A DNA stretch of 64,000 nucleotides from an uncultured Acidobacteriota bacterium (lineage in GTDB: Bacteria; Acidobacteriota; Thermoanaerobaculia; Multivoradales; UBA5704). The position numbers were made by a program, and so were the translations under genes. Each line of letters opens with the position of its first letter. Positions within the stretch are counted from its first letter, which is position 1. A model generated the notes under the pieces. It worked only from the letters and a program-made list of their open reading frames with translations. It was not told the origin of the DNA and did no database searches. The DNA lies in the NCBI GenBank assembly GCA_963700145.1, contig OY969474.1, forward strand, positions 3,936,001 to 4,000,000. Direction: 5' to 3'. This document shows, piece after piece, positions 17,754-27,858 of this stretch.

Positions 17754-19523
17754 ATGACCTTCCCGATCTTCCTCGTGCTGGCCCTCCTCGCCGCGGCGGT
17801 GGTGATCTTCTCCTTCGAGTGGCTGCCGGTGGACGTGACGACGCTCCTGCTGCTCGTGGTGCTCGTCCTCTCCGGCACCCTCACCTTCGCCGAGGCCTTC
17901 GCCGGCTTCGCCAGCGAGATCATCGTCATCCTGGCCTCGATCTTCGTCCTGACCGGGGCGCTCATGAAGACCGGGGTCGTGGACGCCCTGGGCGGGCTGA
18001 TCCACCGCGTCGCCGGCGGCGGACGCCGGCGCATCCTCGCCTGCGTGATGGGGGTCACCTGCGGGGTCTCCGCCTTCATCAACAACACGACGACGACGGC
18101 GGTGGCGCTGCCGGCGGTCCTCGGGGTCTGCCGGCGGAGCAAACTGAGCCCGAGCCAGGTGCTCATCCCGCTCGCCTTCGCCTCGATCCTCGGCGGCACC
18201 TGCACGCTGATCGGCACCTCGACCAACGTCGCCGCGAGCGGCTACCTGCTCGAGACCGGCCTCGCGCCGTTCACGCTCTTCGAGTTCCTGCCGGTGGGCC
18301 TGACGATGGTCGTGGCGGGGACCGTCTTCCTCCTCCTCTTCGCCCACCGCCTCCTGCCCGACCACCGGGAGGCGAGCTACACCGAGGAGTACGAGATCAA
18401 CGAGTACCTCTCGGAGATCGTCGTGCCGCCGGGGTCGCCGCTGGCGGGGAAGGCGATCCGCGACGCCGGCCTGGCGGAGATGGGGCTGACGGTGCTCTCC
18501 ATCCTGCGCGGCGGCGTGCGTCTCTACGCCGACCCCGACCGCCGGCTGGCCGAGGGGGACCTGCTGATCGTGCAGGCGAGCCGCGAGGGGCTGCTCAAGG
18601 TCAAGGAGACGGCCGGGGTCGAGATCCGGCCGGACTTGAAGCTCGGCGACCAGGACCTGATCGGCGACGCGCTCAAGATCGTCGAAGCCATCCTCATGCC
18701 GCAGTCGGCGTTGATCGGGCGGACGATCAAGGAGCTGGACTTCCGCACCCGCTTCGGGGTGACGGTCTTGGCCATCTACCGCCGCGGCCACGCGCTGGCG
18801 CGCAAGCTCACCGAGGTGCCGCTGGAGGTGGGGGACGTGCTGCTCCTGCAGGGGCGGCCGGAGAGCTTCAAGGCGATCGCCTCGGGCCGCGACCTCTGGG
18901 TGCTCCAGGAGACCGAGCACATCCCGGCGCGGCGGCGGAAGGGGCTCTACGTCGCCGGCCTCTTCGTCGCGGCGATCGCCGCCGCGGGGCTCGAGCTGAT
19001 CCCGCTGCCGATCGCCTTCCTGGCGGCGGCGCTCGGCGTCCTCCTGCTCCGGCTGATCACGCCGGAGGAGGCCTACGGCGCGGTGGACTGGCGGCTGCTG
19101 ATCCTGATCGCCGGCATGACGGCCTTCGGCGGCGCGATGCAGAAGACCGGCGCCGCCGAGTACCTGGCGGGGCTGGTGGTGGACTGGGCGGCGCCGCTGG
19201 GGATCTACGTCGTGATGGCGGGGTTCGCGGTGCTGACGATGCTGCTGACCCAGCCGATGTCGAACGCCGCGGCGGCGCTGGTGGTGCTGCCGGTGGCGCT
19301 CTCGGCCGCGGGGCGGCTGGACGTGGACCCGCGGAGCTTCGCGGTGCTGGTGACGCTCGCCGCGTCGCTCTCCTTCATCACCCCCTTCGAGCCGAGCTGC
19401 CTCCTTGTCTATGGCCCGGGCCGCTACCGCTTCGCCGACTTCGTCCGCGCCGGCGCGCCGCTGACGCTCATCGCGCTCGTCCTGCTGCTGCTTCTCGTGC
19501 CGGTCTTCTGGCCGCTGCGGTAG
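17754..19523 (+). CDS. SLC13/DASS-family permease with two TrkA-C domains
   Basis: SAFINNT, LGGTCTLIGTSTN, MSNAAAA, VYGPGRYRFADF. Confidence 0.92.
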   Translation: MTFPIFLVLALLAAAVVIFSFEWLPVDVTTLLLLVVLVLSGTLTFAEAFAGFASEIIVILASIFVLTGALMKTGVVDALGGLIHRVAGGGRRRILACVMGVTCGVSAFINNTTTTAVALPAVLGVCRRSKLSPSQVLIPLAFASILGGTCTLIGTSTNVAASGYLLETGLAPFTLFEFLPVGLTMVVAGTVFLLLFAHRLLPDHREASYTEEYEINEYLSEIVVPPGSPLAGKAIRDAGLAEMGLTVLSILRGGVRLYADPDRRLAEGDLLIVQASREGLLKVKETAGVEIRPDLKLGDQDLIGDALKIVEAILMPQSALIGRTIKELDFRTRFGVTVLAIYRRGHALARKLTEVPLEVGDVLLLQGRPESFKAIASGRDLWVLQETEHIPARRRKGLYVAGLFVAAIAAAGLELIPLPIAFLAAALGVLLLRLITPEEAYGAVDWRLLILIAGMTAFGGAMQKTGAAEYLAGLVVDWAAPLGIYVVMAGFAVLTMLLTQPMSNAAAALVVLPVALSAAGRLDVDPRSFAVLVTLAASLSFITPFEPSCLLVYGPGRYRFADFVRAGAPLTLIALVLLLLLVPVFWPLR

Positions 19524-19568
19524 AATCTTTACCAATCGATCAGCCACTTCAGGAAGCAGGAGGTCGTA

Positions 19569-20414
19569 ATGCGCAAGGCGATGGCGAGCGCCACCGTCTG
19601 CCTGGTCGTCCTGGGAATCTTTTTCGTCCCGCGGTACGGCGTCGGTCAGACAATCAGGATCACCCACCGCTCCAGCAGCAAAGCGGATCAGCGCGCGCGC
19701 TTGGCGCTCAAGCTCGCCAAGCGGCTCGTCGCCGTGATGCCCAAAATCGTCCAGGACTTCCAGGCGCAGCGGCGAGACCTCCTGGGCCGCGGAGGCGGCG
19801 ACGCTTACCCGAAGGATGACCTCGCTCGGCTCCTCGACTCGACCGAAGCCTCGTTGAAGAAGCAGCTCAAGGGGGACGAGCTGGCGCCGCTGCGCGATCA
19901 CATCGCAGCGGTGTTCGAGGAGACGCGAGACGATCTCGGCCTTTCCTCCAGGGCCGCCCGCGTCCCGCCGCCCCCGCCGCAAATCGTCCTCGCCTCGATG
20001 CGGCCGGTCCGGGAGGAGTGGGCGGCTGCGGAGGAGCGGCTGGATCGCGAGGTCGTCGATCCCCGCCTCAACGTGGTTGATGCGCTCATTCAGGACCTCC
20101 GCGATCGAATGGCGAGAAAAGACCTGACGGTCGACCTCTGCGTCGCGAGCGTCCCCAAGGGGGCGAAGATCCTGCTGCGCGCGCGCAGCGGCAAGAGCCT
20201 CGAGCGGCAGAAGACGATCGCCAGGTACGAGAACCTGTTTCGCGGCCGATACTGCTACGAGGTCTCGGGCAAGGGCTTCAAGATCCGCTGCGGCACGGCG
20301 CCGGAAGACCAGATCAACATCTACGACAAGCGGCAGCCGTTCCTCGAGTGCGAGCGAAGCGACCAGGGCTGCTACCTCCGCGAGGGCTGGCCGCAGACCT
20401 GCCGTGGGCGCTGA
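19569..20414 (+). CDS. Secreted hypothetical protein with helical N-part and Cys-rich C-terminal domain
   Basis: AGGAGG RBS; signal peptide; C-terminus ends CYLREGWPQTCRGR. Confidence 0.7.
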   Translation: MRKAMASATVCLVVLGIFFVPRYGVGQTIRITHRSSSKADQRARLALKLAKRLVAVMPKIVQDFQAQRRDLLGRGGGDAYPKDDLARLLDSTEASLKKQLKGDELAPLRDHIAAVFEETRDDLGLSSRAARVPPPPPQIVLASMRPVREEWAAAEERLDREVVDPRLNVVDALIQDLRDRMARKDLTVDLCVASVPKGAKILLRARSGKSLERQKTIARYENLFRGRYCYEVSGKGFKIRCGTAPEDQINIYDKRQPFLECERSDQGCYLREGWPQTCRGR

Positions 20415-20556
20415 CGCCCTATCCCGACTGTTAGAGCCGTCGGCATTTCAGGTCTAGGAGACCACCGTCGCGGACAGGAGGCCAAGACCAAGACGGTAAG
20501 CCCTGGAATGCAGCAAGCGGGTGCCCGGCACCTATTTTGAGCGGAGTACGACACGC

Positions 20557-21240
20557 ATGGCCGACATCTTCATTTCTTACGCGCGGGAGGATGTCGACGC
20601 TGCCCAACGCTTGGCGGCGTCCCTGGAGAAACGCGGATGGTCGGTGTTCTGGGACCGCCACATCATGGCTGGACGGCGGTATACCGACGTCATATCCGAG
20701 GAGCTAGCTTGTGCCAGATGCGTGATCACACTCTGGTCCAGAGCCGCGAACGACTCTGACTGGGTGCTCGACGAGGCCGAGGAAGCGCGAAAGCGCCACA
20801 TCCTAGCGCCGGCCCGGATCGAAGCCTTAGAACCGCCGATGGGATTCCGGCGCATCCACGCCGCCGACCTGCTTGGTTGGAATGGCGACGAGAAGCACGC
20901 CGGCTTTCAGCAGTTGCTCCTGGATATTGCGCATTATGTGCCAGCGCCAACTCCGCGATTCGGTGGAAAGGCTGCCGCTCTGAGCACGGAGGATGATAGA
21001 GAGCTGGGGTCTGTCCACTCGAAGCTAGCGGAGTCACCCCCCGTCCCGCGCCACAGGCCTCACCGCGGCGGGTGTCGCAATTGCTTTCTCCGCGAGGCCT
21101 GGCCGCAGATCTGCCGTGGGCTGACGGCGCTCGGCGGTTGGCTCGCCCGCGCTCTCGGCTGTGGCGCGGGCTGGGCGGCGCCGCGTTCGGGCTGGCCGTC
21201 TGGTTTGCGTTTTTCTACTTTCCCATCCTGGACCGGTTGA
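20557..21240 (+). CDS. TIR-domain protein (TIR_2); C-terminal tail probably a recombination read-through
   Basis: MADIFISYARED, GWSVFWDRHI, SDWVLDEAEEA (putative catalytic Glu), PPMGFRRIHAADL. Confidence 0.85.
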   Translation: MADIFISYAREDVDAAQRLAASLEKRGWSVFWDRHIMAGRRYTDVISEELACARCVITLWSRAANDSDWVLDEAEEARKRHILAPARIEALEPPMGFRRIHAADLLGWNGDEKHAGFQQLLLDIAHYVPAPTPRFGGKAAALSTEDDRELGSVHSKLAESPPVPRHRPHRGGCRNCFLREAWPQICRGLTALGGWLARALGCGAGWAAPRSGWPSGLRFSTFPSWTG

Positions 21241-21867
21241 CGTATCTGATCCCGCTCAGCGTGCGCCCGCTGCTGAACCCCCTGACAGCGGTGCTCTTCG
21301 CGCTTGTCGGGTGGCTCTGGAGCGAGCGCCAGTCGCTCGCGCACCGTTGGCGCAGAGTGCCCCGGGTCTGGGTGTTGGCGGCGCCGGCCGGCGTGCTCCT
21401 GCTCTTCCTGTTCGAATGGGTGTTCGTGGTTCACTTCCCTTTCCAGGGTGGCCTAATGGCCTCGGAGATCATCGCCCCGCCGAGGATCGAAGGAGGCAAG
21501 TGCCCATGCACGAAGGAAGAATCGGATGTGGCCTGCCTCACGTCCCTGACCCTCGAGCCCGAGGAGCTTGCGCGCTGCTGGGACGGCTCTCGGCGCAAGC
21601 TCTACGGCGGTCTCTGGTCCCTCACCTATCTGCTCGCGCTCAGCGGTGCCCTGCTCGGCCTGCTCGTACGGCCCCGGTAAGGTGCCCCGGCCCGAGCCTG
21701 CGGCCCGCCGGCGGCGCCGGGGCCGGCTTGTTCCTGAGCTACTCCTCCACGAATCCTACGAGAGCCCTCTCTCGCTCTGCCGCAAGGTCTGGGCGGACTT
21801 CACGTCGTCTTACGAGGAGGGGTTGGAGGCGCTGCTGGGCGGGCTCGGTGCCTCCTCAAGGCCCTGA
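21115..21867 (+). pseudogene. Degraded multi-TM protein with C-terminal TIR remnant
   Basis: About 4 TM segments and a Cys-rich loop up to 21680; then, across frameshifts, LFLSYSS (21728) and PLSLCRKVWADFTSSYEEGLEALL, i.e. the TIR start and end with the core missing. Confidence 0.65.
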
Positions 21868-21930
21868 GCCGGGTACGTCATACTTGAAAATCCGAACCCC
21901 GCATTCGGGTTTTCAAGGTATATTCAGCCC

Positions 21931-23076
21931 GTGATCCCCCGGATTCGGGCCCTGCAGCGCATCGATGAAGCGTTCCGCGTTCACCCGGTAGCGGCGCTCC
22001 TCGGTCCCCGCCAGTGCGGGAAGACGACTCTCGCGCGCCTCCTCGTGGAGCGCGACGGTGGCACCTTCTTCGACCTGGAGAGCCCGGTCGACCGGCAGCG
22101 GCTCGCCGCCCCGCTGACCGCCCTCGAGCGCTTGCGGGGCCTCGTCGTCCTCGACGAGATCCAGCGGCGCCCGGACCTCTTCGAGCTGCTCCGGGTGCTC
22201 GTCGATCGGGTGGACAACGCGGCCCGTTTCCTGGTGCTCGGGAGCGCGTCCCCGGGACTCGTTCGCGACGTGTCGGAGACGCTTGCCGGACGGGTTGGCT
22301 TTGTCGATCTCGGCGGCCTTTCCCTGGCGGAGGTGGGTTCCGAGCACCGCGATCGGCTGTGGAGCCGAGGCGGTTTCCCGCGCAGCTTCCTCGCCGCCGA
22401 CGACCGCGCGAGCTTCGCCTGGCGGGAGGCGTTCGTGCGCACCTTCCTCGAACGGGACCTGCCGCAACTGGGGATCTCCATCCCCGCCGAGGCGCTGCGG
22501 CGCTTCTGGACCATGGTGGCCCACGCCCACGGCCAGGTGTGGAACGCGACCAGCTTGGGCCGCTCGCTCGGCGCCTCGGACCACACCGTGCGGCGATACC
22601 TGGACGTCCTGGCGGGTGCCTACGTCGTGCGCGTGCTGCCGCCCTGGTTCGAGAACCTGAAGAAGCGGCAGGTCAAGGCGCCCAAGGTCTTCGTCCGGGA
22701 CACCGGCCTGCTCCACGTCCTGCTCCAACTCCCCGACTTCGACGGGCTGGCCGGCCACCCCAAGGCCGGACAGTCCTGGGAAGGCTTCGCCGTCGAGGAG
22801 ATCCTCGGCCTGCTCGAGACGCGCGACGCATACTTCTGGGGGACTCATGCCGGCGCCGAGATCGACCTCTTCGTCATCCATCGCGGCCGGCGGCTCGGGT
22901 TCGAGATCAAGCTCGCCGACGCGCCGCGGGTCTCGCGCTCGATGCGGACGGCGATCGACGACCTGGGCTTGGATCGCTTGTACGTCGTCGTCCCGAGCGG
23001 ACCAACCTACGAGCTCGAGGAGCGGATCACGGTGACGGCGCTCGCGGCGCTCGCGAGCGATCTCGTCGCGGGTTGA
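21931..23076 (+). CDS. AAA_14 ATPase with DUF4143 domain
   Basis: GPRQCGKTT, LDEIQ, LGSAS, ETLAGR, GGFP, RDTGLL, GAEIDL, FEIK. Confidence 0.92.
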   Translation: MIPRIRALQRIDEAFRVHPVAALLGPRQCGKTTLARLLVERDGGTFFDLESPVDRQRLAAPLTALERLRGLVVLDEIQRRPDLFELLRVLVDRVDNAARFLVLGSASPGLVRDVSETLAGRVGFVDLGGLSLAEVGSEHRDRLWSRGGFPRSFLAADDRASFAWREAFVRTFLERDLPQLGISIPAEALRRFWTMVAHAHGQVWNATSLGRSLGASDHTVRRYLDVLAGAYVVRVLPPWFENLKKRQVKAPKVFVRDTGLLHVLLQLPDFDGLAGHPKAGQSWEGFAVEEILGLLETRDAYFWGTHAGAEIDLFVIHRGRRLGFEIKLADAPRVSRSMRTAIDDLGLDRLYVVVPSGPTYELEERITVTALAALASDLVAG

Positions 23077-23089
23077 TTCACGCCGTTCC

Positions 23090-24283
23090 CTAGGGAACGG
23101 GAAGCGCCCGGAAGCGCATCGGGTAGAGCGAGTAGATGCCGGCGCGGTCGTCCGCGCCGAGGCGGGCGCCGCGGCCGTCGCCGTGGGCGTAGGAGCGCAT
23201 CAGAGCTTCGCTCGTGGCGGCGTCGCAGGGGCCCGAGGTGCCGTCGCCGCAGGAGTGGCCGAGGCCGAGGGAGTGGCCCAGCTCGTGGCCCAGGACCTCC
23301 TCGAGCCGGGCGCTGGTCGTGAACCAGCAGCCGGCGCCGTCGTTGAGGACGACGCGCGAGCGGACGATCGGGTGGGGCTCGCCGCCCTGGGTCGAGAAGA
23401 CGATCTTGGTGATCGCGAGGATGCCGGCGCCCACCCCCGGCGAGCTGCAGGTGAAGGAGCCTTCGGCGGTCACGTCGCCCGGATCGTCGAAGTCCACGCG
23501 GTTGCCGTCGCGCCACTCGCCGCCGGCCGTCCTGCCGTCGTAGCGGTAGCGGATGTTGGTCGCCCGGTCCTGGTTCCACGCCGCCAGCGCCCGGCGCAGC
23601 TCGGCGAAGCCGCCGCCGGGGAAGCCGACGAGCCCGCCCTGCTCCGCCCGCCAGCCGACGCTCCCCTGGAGGTCGAACTCGAACCAGCGCTTGCGGAGCT
23701 GGCCGGCATAGGTGAACCGCTCGCCGATTGCTTGAAGGGCCGGCGCGGGGAGCGCGACGAGGTAGTCCGGCGCGCGCCGCAGGCCGGCGGCGTGGTCGGC
23801 GAGCCAGCGGGAGAAGCGGGCGAAGTCGCGTGCCGGCGCCGCGTCCGCGAAGCCGGGCACCGCCAGGCGGCGTCCGGCGGCCGCGACCTCGTGAAAGGCG
23901 CCGAGCGCCAGGTGCAGCGGCCGGTACGAGCCGTCGGCTCGCCGCCGCAGGAAGAGCAGCACGCGCTCGCCCTCGCCGAGCCGCGGCGCTCCCCAGACGA
24001 CCTCCGCCGTGCCGTCCCCCCGCTCGCCCCCGGGGACGCGGACGGCGATGCGGCCCCAGGCGCGTCCCTTGAACGCGCGTTCGACCCGCACGGTGTGCTC
24101 GGTGAGGAGAGAGCCGCCCGGCCCGTCGATCGTCCGGCGGGCCTCGACGGTCCCGGCGACGATCACCTCGGCCTGATCGGCGAGCTGGCCGTCCGGGACC
24201 GGGACGTAGGTCGTCGCGGCGGCGGGGAGGGCCGCGAGGACGAGGAACGTCGCCGAAGCGGCAAGGCCACGCACAGCGTTCAC
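23090..24283 (-). CDS. Secreted matrixin/metzincin-type zinc metalloprotease
   Basis: GTG start overlaps the upstream stop; signal peptide; HELGHSLGLGH plus Met-turn ALMRS. Confidence 0.85.
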   Translation of the reverse strand: MNAVRGLAASATFLVLAALPAAATTYVPVPDGQLADQAEVIVAGTVEARRTIDGPGGSLLTEHTVRVERAFKGRAWGRIAVRVPGGERGDGTAEVVWGAPRLGEGERVLLFLRRRADGSYRPLHLALGAFHEVAAAGRRLAVPGFADAAPARDFARFSRWLADHAAGLRRAPDYLVALPAPALQAIGERFTYAGQLRKRWFEFDLQGSVGWRAEQGGLVGFPGGGFAELRRALAAWNQDRATNIRYRYDGRTAGGEWRDGNRVDFDDPGDVTAEGSFTCSSPGVGAGILAITKIVFSTQGGEPHPIVRSRVVLNDGAGCWFTTSARLEEVLGHELGHSLGLGHSCGDGTSGPCDAATSEALMRSYAHGDGRGARLGADDRAGIYSLYPMRFRALPVP

Positions 24284-26091
24284 TCCCAAGGCTGCGTCGC
24301 CAGCCGGGGCGGCGCGAGGACGCGGAAAACGGGGTAGAGGCCGAGCGTCGGGTCCCAGGAGGGGTGCCTGCGGTACCACCAGGTGAAGCGGGCGCCGGGG
24401 TCCTTGGCGAAGACCTCGTCGCGCAGCGCCGCCTCCCAGGCGGCGGCCACCTCGGGGTCGCGGAGCCGCTCCTCGGCCCAGGCCTCGAGCACTCGCGGCT
24501 CGATGTACTCCTTGCGCTCGAAGACGCTCGACAGCACCCCCCAGGCGACCAGTGAGTCGAGGGCGTCCGGCTCGAGGAGCTGCACGGCGACCTCGAAGTC
24601 CGGCTGGTCGGCCGGCACCCAGAGCGCGCCGGCCGGCACCTGCCGCTGCTCCTTCGCCCGCTCGGTGGTGAACTGGACGGCTGTCCGCCCCTGGTAGGTG
24701 AAGTCGGCGAAGTCCGCCCCCGAGAGGCGCGCGACTTCGGCCTCCAGCTCGGCCGGCACCGTCAGCGTCTCCACCCGCAGGCCGTGGCCGCGCAGCCGCT
24801 CCTCGATCGCCGGCCAGCCGGGGAGGACGAGGTAGCCGCGCGGCCGCGGCAGCGCCAGCGCGACCTTCGACTTGTGCGTCCACGGCACCTCGATCTCGCG
24901 CACCTTGCCGCTCTCGAAGCGCAGCACCGGCTCGCCGGTGACCTTCGACGGCGCGACCGACCAGGCGTAGACCGGGAAGCGGACCGGCGCGCTCTCCTCG
25001 CTCTCCTCGAAGCGCACGACGACCTCCGAGGGCGCGGCGTCCGGACGCCCGAGCGCCACCGTCCGCGCCTCCGCCTCGTCGACCGCCCGCACCAGCGCCG
25101 CCGGATCCTTGCCGATCTCGGCCAGCAGCGCGAGCAGGAAGCCGCGCGTCGCCAGCACGCGGTCGCGGTAGGGCTTGTAGGAGAGGGTCTCGACCAGGAT
25201 CGACGGCCGGTTGCGCAGCGGGAAGTAGGCGCTCGAGAAGCGCGGCGGCCCCGTCCAGGAGCTGAAGCCCTTCGTCGGGTCGAGCTCGTCGCGCAGGTCG
25301 ACGTAGGGGCCGTTCGGGTGGCCGGCCGCCGCCGTCGCCGCGCGCACCGCCGGCATGTGCGCGGCGAGCCAGGCGTCCACCGGCGCCGGCGCCTGCGGCG
25401 CCTCGGCCCACGACAGGCCGATCACCCAGGCGTGGTCGGAGCCGTCGGTGACGTGGTTGTCGACGTGGATGTGCGGCCGCCAGGTGTTGACCAGGCCCAT
25501 CAGCGCCCGCGCCTCGAGGCTGTCGAGCTTCAGGTGGTCGCGGTTCAAATCCAGGCCGGCGGCCGTGGTGCGGAAGCCCATCTCGCGCGGCCCGTTCTGG
25601 TTGGGGCGGTTGTGGGGCGAGGTCCGCTCGTGGCCGTCGGGGTTGTAGATCGGCGCGAAGAGGACGGTCGCCTCGTCCAGCCCCGGGAAGCTTCGGCCGA
25701 GGGCCAGGTCGCGGAGGATCAGGAGGGTGGCGTCCTTGCCGTCGATCTCGCCGGCGTGGATGCCGCTCTGGACGAGGACGATGGGCTTCCCGAGCCGCCG
25801 CGCCGCCTCCGGCGTGAAGGCCCCGTCGGCGGAGAGGACGACGAGCGGCAGCGGCCGCCCGGCGGCCGAGGTGCCGAAGCTGGAGAGGCGCATCCGCCCC
25901 GGCAGCGCCCGCTCGAGCCGGCGGAGGAAGTCGAGGGTCTCGTCGTAGGTCGGCGTCGAGACGAAGCCCGAGGCCTCGACCTCGGTCTGCCACTCCGCGG
26001 GCACCGCGCCGTTCGGCGCGGCGGAAGCGGAGGGTACGGGCACGGCGGAGAGGACGAGGAGGACGGTGAAGCGGGAGCGGCTCGGGCGCAT
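24280..26091 (-). CDS. M14-family zinc carboxypeptidase
   Basis: SGIHAGEIDGK, YNPDGHE, DLNRD, DNHVTDG; signal peptide. Confidence 0.9.
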   Translation of the reverse strand: MRPSRSRFTVLLVLSAVPVPSASAAPNGAVPAEWQTEVEASGFVSTPTYDETLDFLRRLERALPGRMRLSSFGTSAAGRPLPLVVLSADGAFTPEAARRLGKPIVLVQSGIHAGEIDGKDATLLILRDLALGRSFPGLDEATVLFAPIYNPDGHERTSPHNRPNQNGPREMGFRTTAAGLDLNRDHLKLDSLEARALMGLVNTWRPHIHVDNHVTDGSDHAWVIGLSWAEAPQAPAPVDAWLAAHMPAVRAATAAAGHPNGPYVDLRDELDPTKGFSSWTGPPRFSSAYFPLRNRPSILVETLSYKPYRDRVLATRGFLLALLAEIGKDPAALVRAVDEAEARTVALGRPDAAPSEVVVRFEESEESAPVRFPVYAWSVAPSKVTGEPVLRFESGKVREIEVPWTHKSKVALALPRPRGYLVLPGWPAIEERLRGHGLRVETLTVPAELEAEVARLSGADFADFTYQGRTAVQFTTERAKEQRQVPAGALWVPADQPDFEVAVQLLEPDALDSLVAWGVLSSVFERKEYIEPRVLEAWAEERLRDPEVAAAWEAALRDEVFAKDPGARFTWWYRRHPSWDPTLGLYPVFRVLAPPRLATQPWE

Positions 26092-26272
26092 GGGTCGAGA
26101 TAATACCGGCCGCTGACAGCGGTGGCGGAACGTAGGAGGGGGGTCCACCGCCGCCAGCGGCCGGGTTTCAATCCAGGCCACGAGCAACGTCAGGATGTCG
26201 CCGCGGCGAACCCCGGGCAATGAGGGGAACCCCTCAGGAACGCGGGGGGTTTTCCCTCAGGTGGTGGTTTTT

Positions 26273-26977
26273 CTAAAAATTGATGTAGTCGAGCTCGGGG
26301 CGGGCCAGGGGGGCGGGGCCGGCGGTGCGCAGCCCGGGCTGGTTCCAGTGCAGCGAGACCCAGGAGGCGAAGACCGCCCAGAACATCTCGACCCGCGCGC
26401 GCGAGCCGGGGGCGAGGCCGCGCTTCTTCTCCTTGACCAGGTGCTTGAGGCCGTGGAGGACCGTCGTCGCCAGCCGCGCGCCGAGCTGGCGCGCCGCCCA
26501 GTTGAGACCCGTCTCGATGGCGAAGCCGGTCAGGTGGTCCTCGGGGACCGCCTCGAAGATCTCGCGCCGCAGGCAGCGGATGCCGGACAGTAGCGGCCCG
26601 AAGCTGCGCTGCCAGGCGTTGAGGAGGCGCCCCCTGTGACGCACGCCGACGTTCATGCCGGCCTGCCCGGAGGCTACCGGGCGGATCAGCTCGGCGAGCA
26701 TCTCCTCGGAGAGGTTCAGGATGTCGCCGTCGACGAAGACCAGCAGCGGCGCGTCGGTGTGCGCCACCCCCACCGCCATCGCCGTCCCCTTGCCGCGGTT
26801 CTCGCGCATCCGGATGACCTTGACCCCCTCGGCGCGGGCGATCTCGACGGTCGAGTCGGTCGAGCCGTCGGAGACGACGATCACTTCCTGGATCAGGGGG
26901 GTGGACTTGAGGACACCGATGACGGCCGCCAGCGTTTCCTGCTCGTTGTACGCGGGAACCACCGCCGCCACTCGCAA
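26273..26977 (-). CDS. Glycosyltransferase family 2
   Basis: VPAYNEQ, VSDGSTD, NRGKGTA, FVDGD. Confidence 0.9.
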   Translation of the reverse strand: MRVAAVVPAYNEQETLAAVIGVLKSTPLIQEVIVVSDGSTDSTVEIARAEGVKVIRMRENRGKGTAMAVGVAHTDAPLLVFVDGDILNLSEEMLAELIRPVASGQAGMNVGVRHRGRLLNAWQRSFGPLLSGIRCLRREIFEAVPEDHLTGFAIETGLNWAARQLGARLATTVLHGLKHLVKEKKRGLAPGSRARVEMFWAVFASWVSLHWNQPGLRTAGPAPLARPELDYINF

Positions 26978-26995
26978 GGGGCGCCTATCCTATCG

Positions 26996-27853
26996 CTATC
27001 CGATAGCCGCCGGGCCGCCGGCCCAGGCCGGGGGCGGTGGCACCCGTCCGGCCGCGGGGAGGAGCTCGCCGCGGGCGAGGAGGCGGGCGTCGCCGGTCAG
27101 GGTCCAGCGGCCGTCCCGGGCGTCCACTTCCAGGGGGAACCCGCCGGCGGTGAGGACGGTGAGCGGCGTCTCGACCGCGCCAAGCGCCAGCCCGGTCGCC
27201 GCGCCGGCGAGGACGCCGGTGCCGCAGGAGAGGGTCTCGGCCTCGACGCCGCGCTCCCAGGTGCGGATCTCCATCCGCCGCCCGCCGCCGCTCGCCGGGA
27301 AATGGACGAAGTTGACGTTGGCGCCGGCGGGGGCGAAGGCGGGGTGGTGGCGGAGGGCCGGGCCCAGAGTGGCGACCGGCGCCTCGGCCAGCCCGTCGGG
27401 CAGGACCAGCACGAAGTGCGGCACGCCGACCTTGACCGCCCAGCCGCGCCGGCGCCCGCCGGCGGCCTCGACCTCCAGCTCGCGCGGCGCCTCCGGCGGG
27501 GCGGGCAGCTCGACGGCGATCCGCTCGTCGCCGGCGGCGCGGCCGGCGAAGGCGCCGGCAGGGGTCTCGATCGTGACGCGGTCGGCCGCCCAGCCGAGGT
27601 GGAGGGCGAGGCGGACGGCGCAGCGGGTGCCGTTCAAGCAGAGATCGGCGGGGAGGCCGTCGGCGTTGAAGTAGTCCATGGCGACGGCGGCGTCGCCGCG
27701 GCGGCGGAGGACGAAGAGGCCGTCGGCGCCGAGCGAGACGCCGCGCCGGCACCAGGCGCGGATCTCCGCGGCGGTGGGCTCCGCGGGCGGCTCGGCGAGG
27801 GCGAGGAAGTCGTTGCCGCTGCCGGAGACTTTGAAGTAGGGAATCACTGCCAT
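26996..27853 (-). CDS. dapF: Diaminopimelate epimerase
   Basis: GSGNDF, GADGL, LCLNGTRC, ANVNF, ERGVEAETLSCGTG. Confidence 0.93.
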   Translation of the reverse strand: MAVIPYFKVSGSGNDFLALAEPPAEPTAAEIRAWCRRGVSLGADGLFVLRRRGDAAVAMDYFNADGLPADLCLNGTRCAVRLALHLGWAADRVTIETPAGAFAGRAAGDERIAVELPAPPEAPRELEVEAAGGRRRGWAVKVGVPHFVLVLPDGLAEAPVATLGPALRHHPAFAPAGANVNFVHFPASGGGRRMEIRTWERGVEAETLSCGTGVLAGAATGLALGAVETPLTVLTAGGFPLEVDARDGRWTLTGDARLLARGELLPAAGRVPPPPAWAGGPAAIG

Positions 27854-27858
27854 GCCCT

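Noticed and set aside
20520-20540. GGTGCCCGGCACCTATT palindrome before the TIR gene, partly echoed near 5267
   Set aside because: Short match expected by chance; the 5267 copy lies within a coding remnant.
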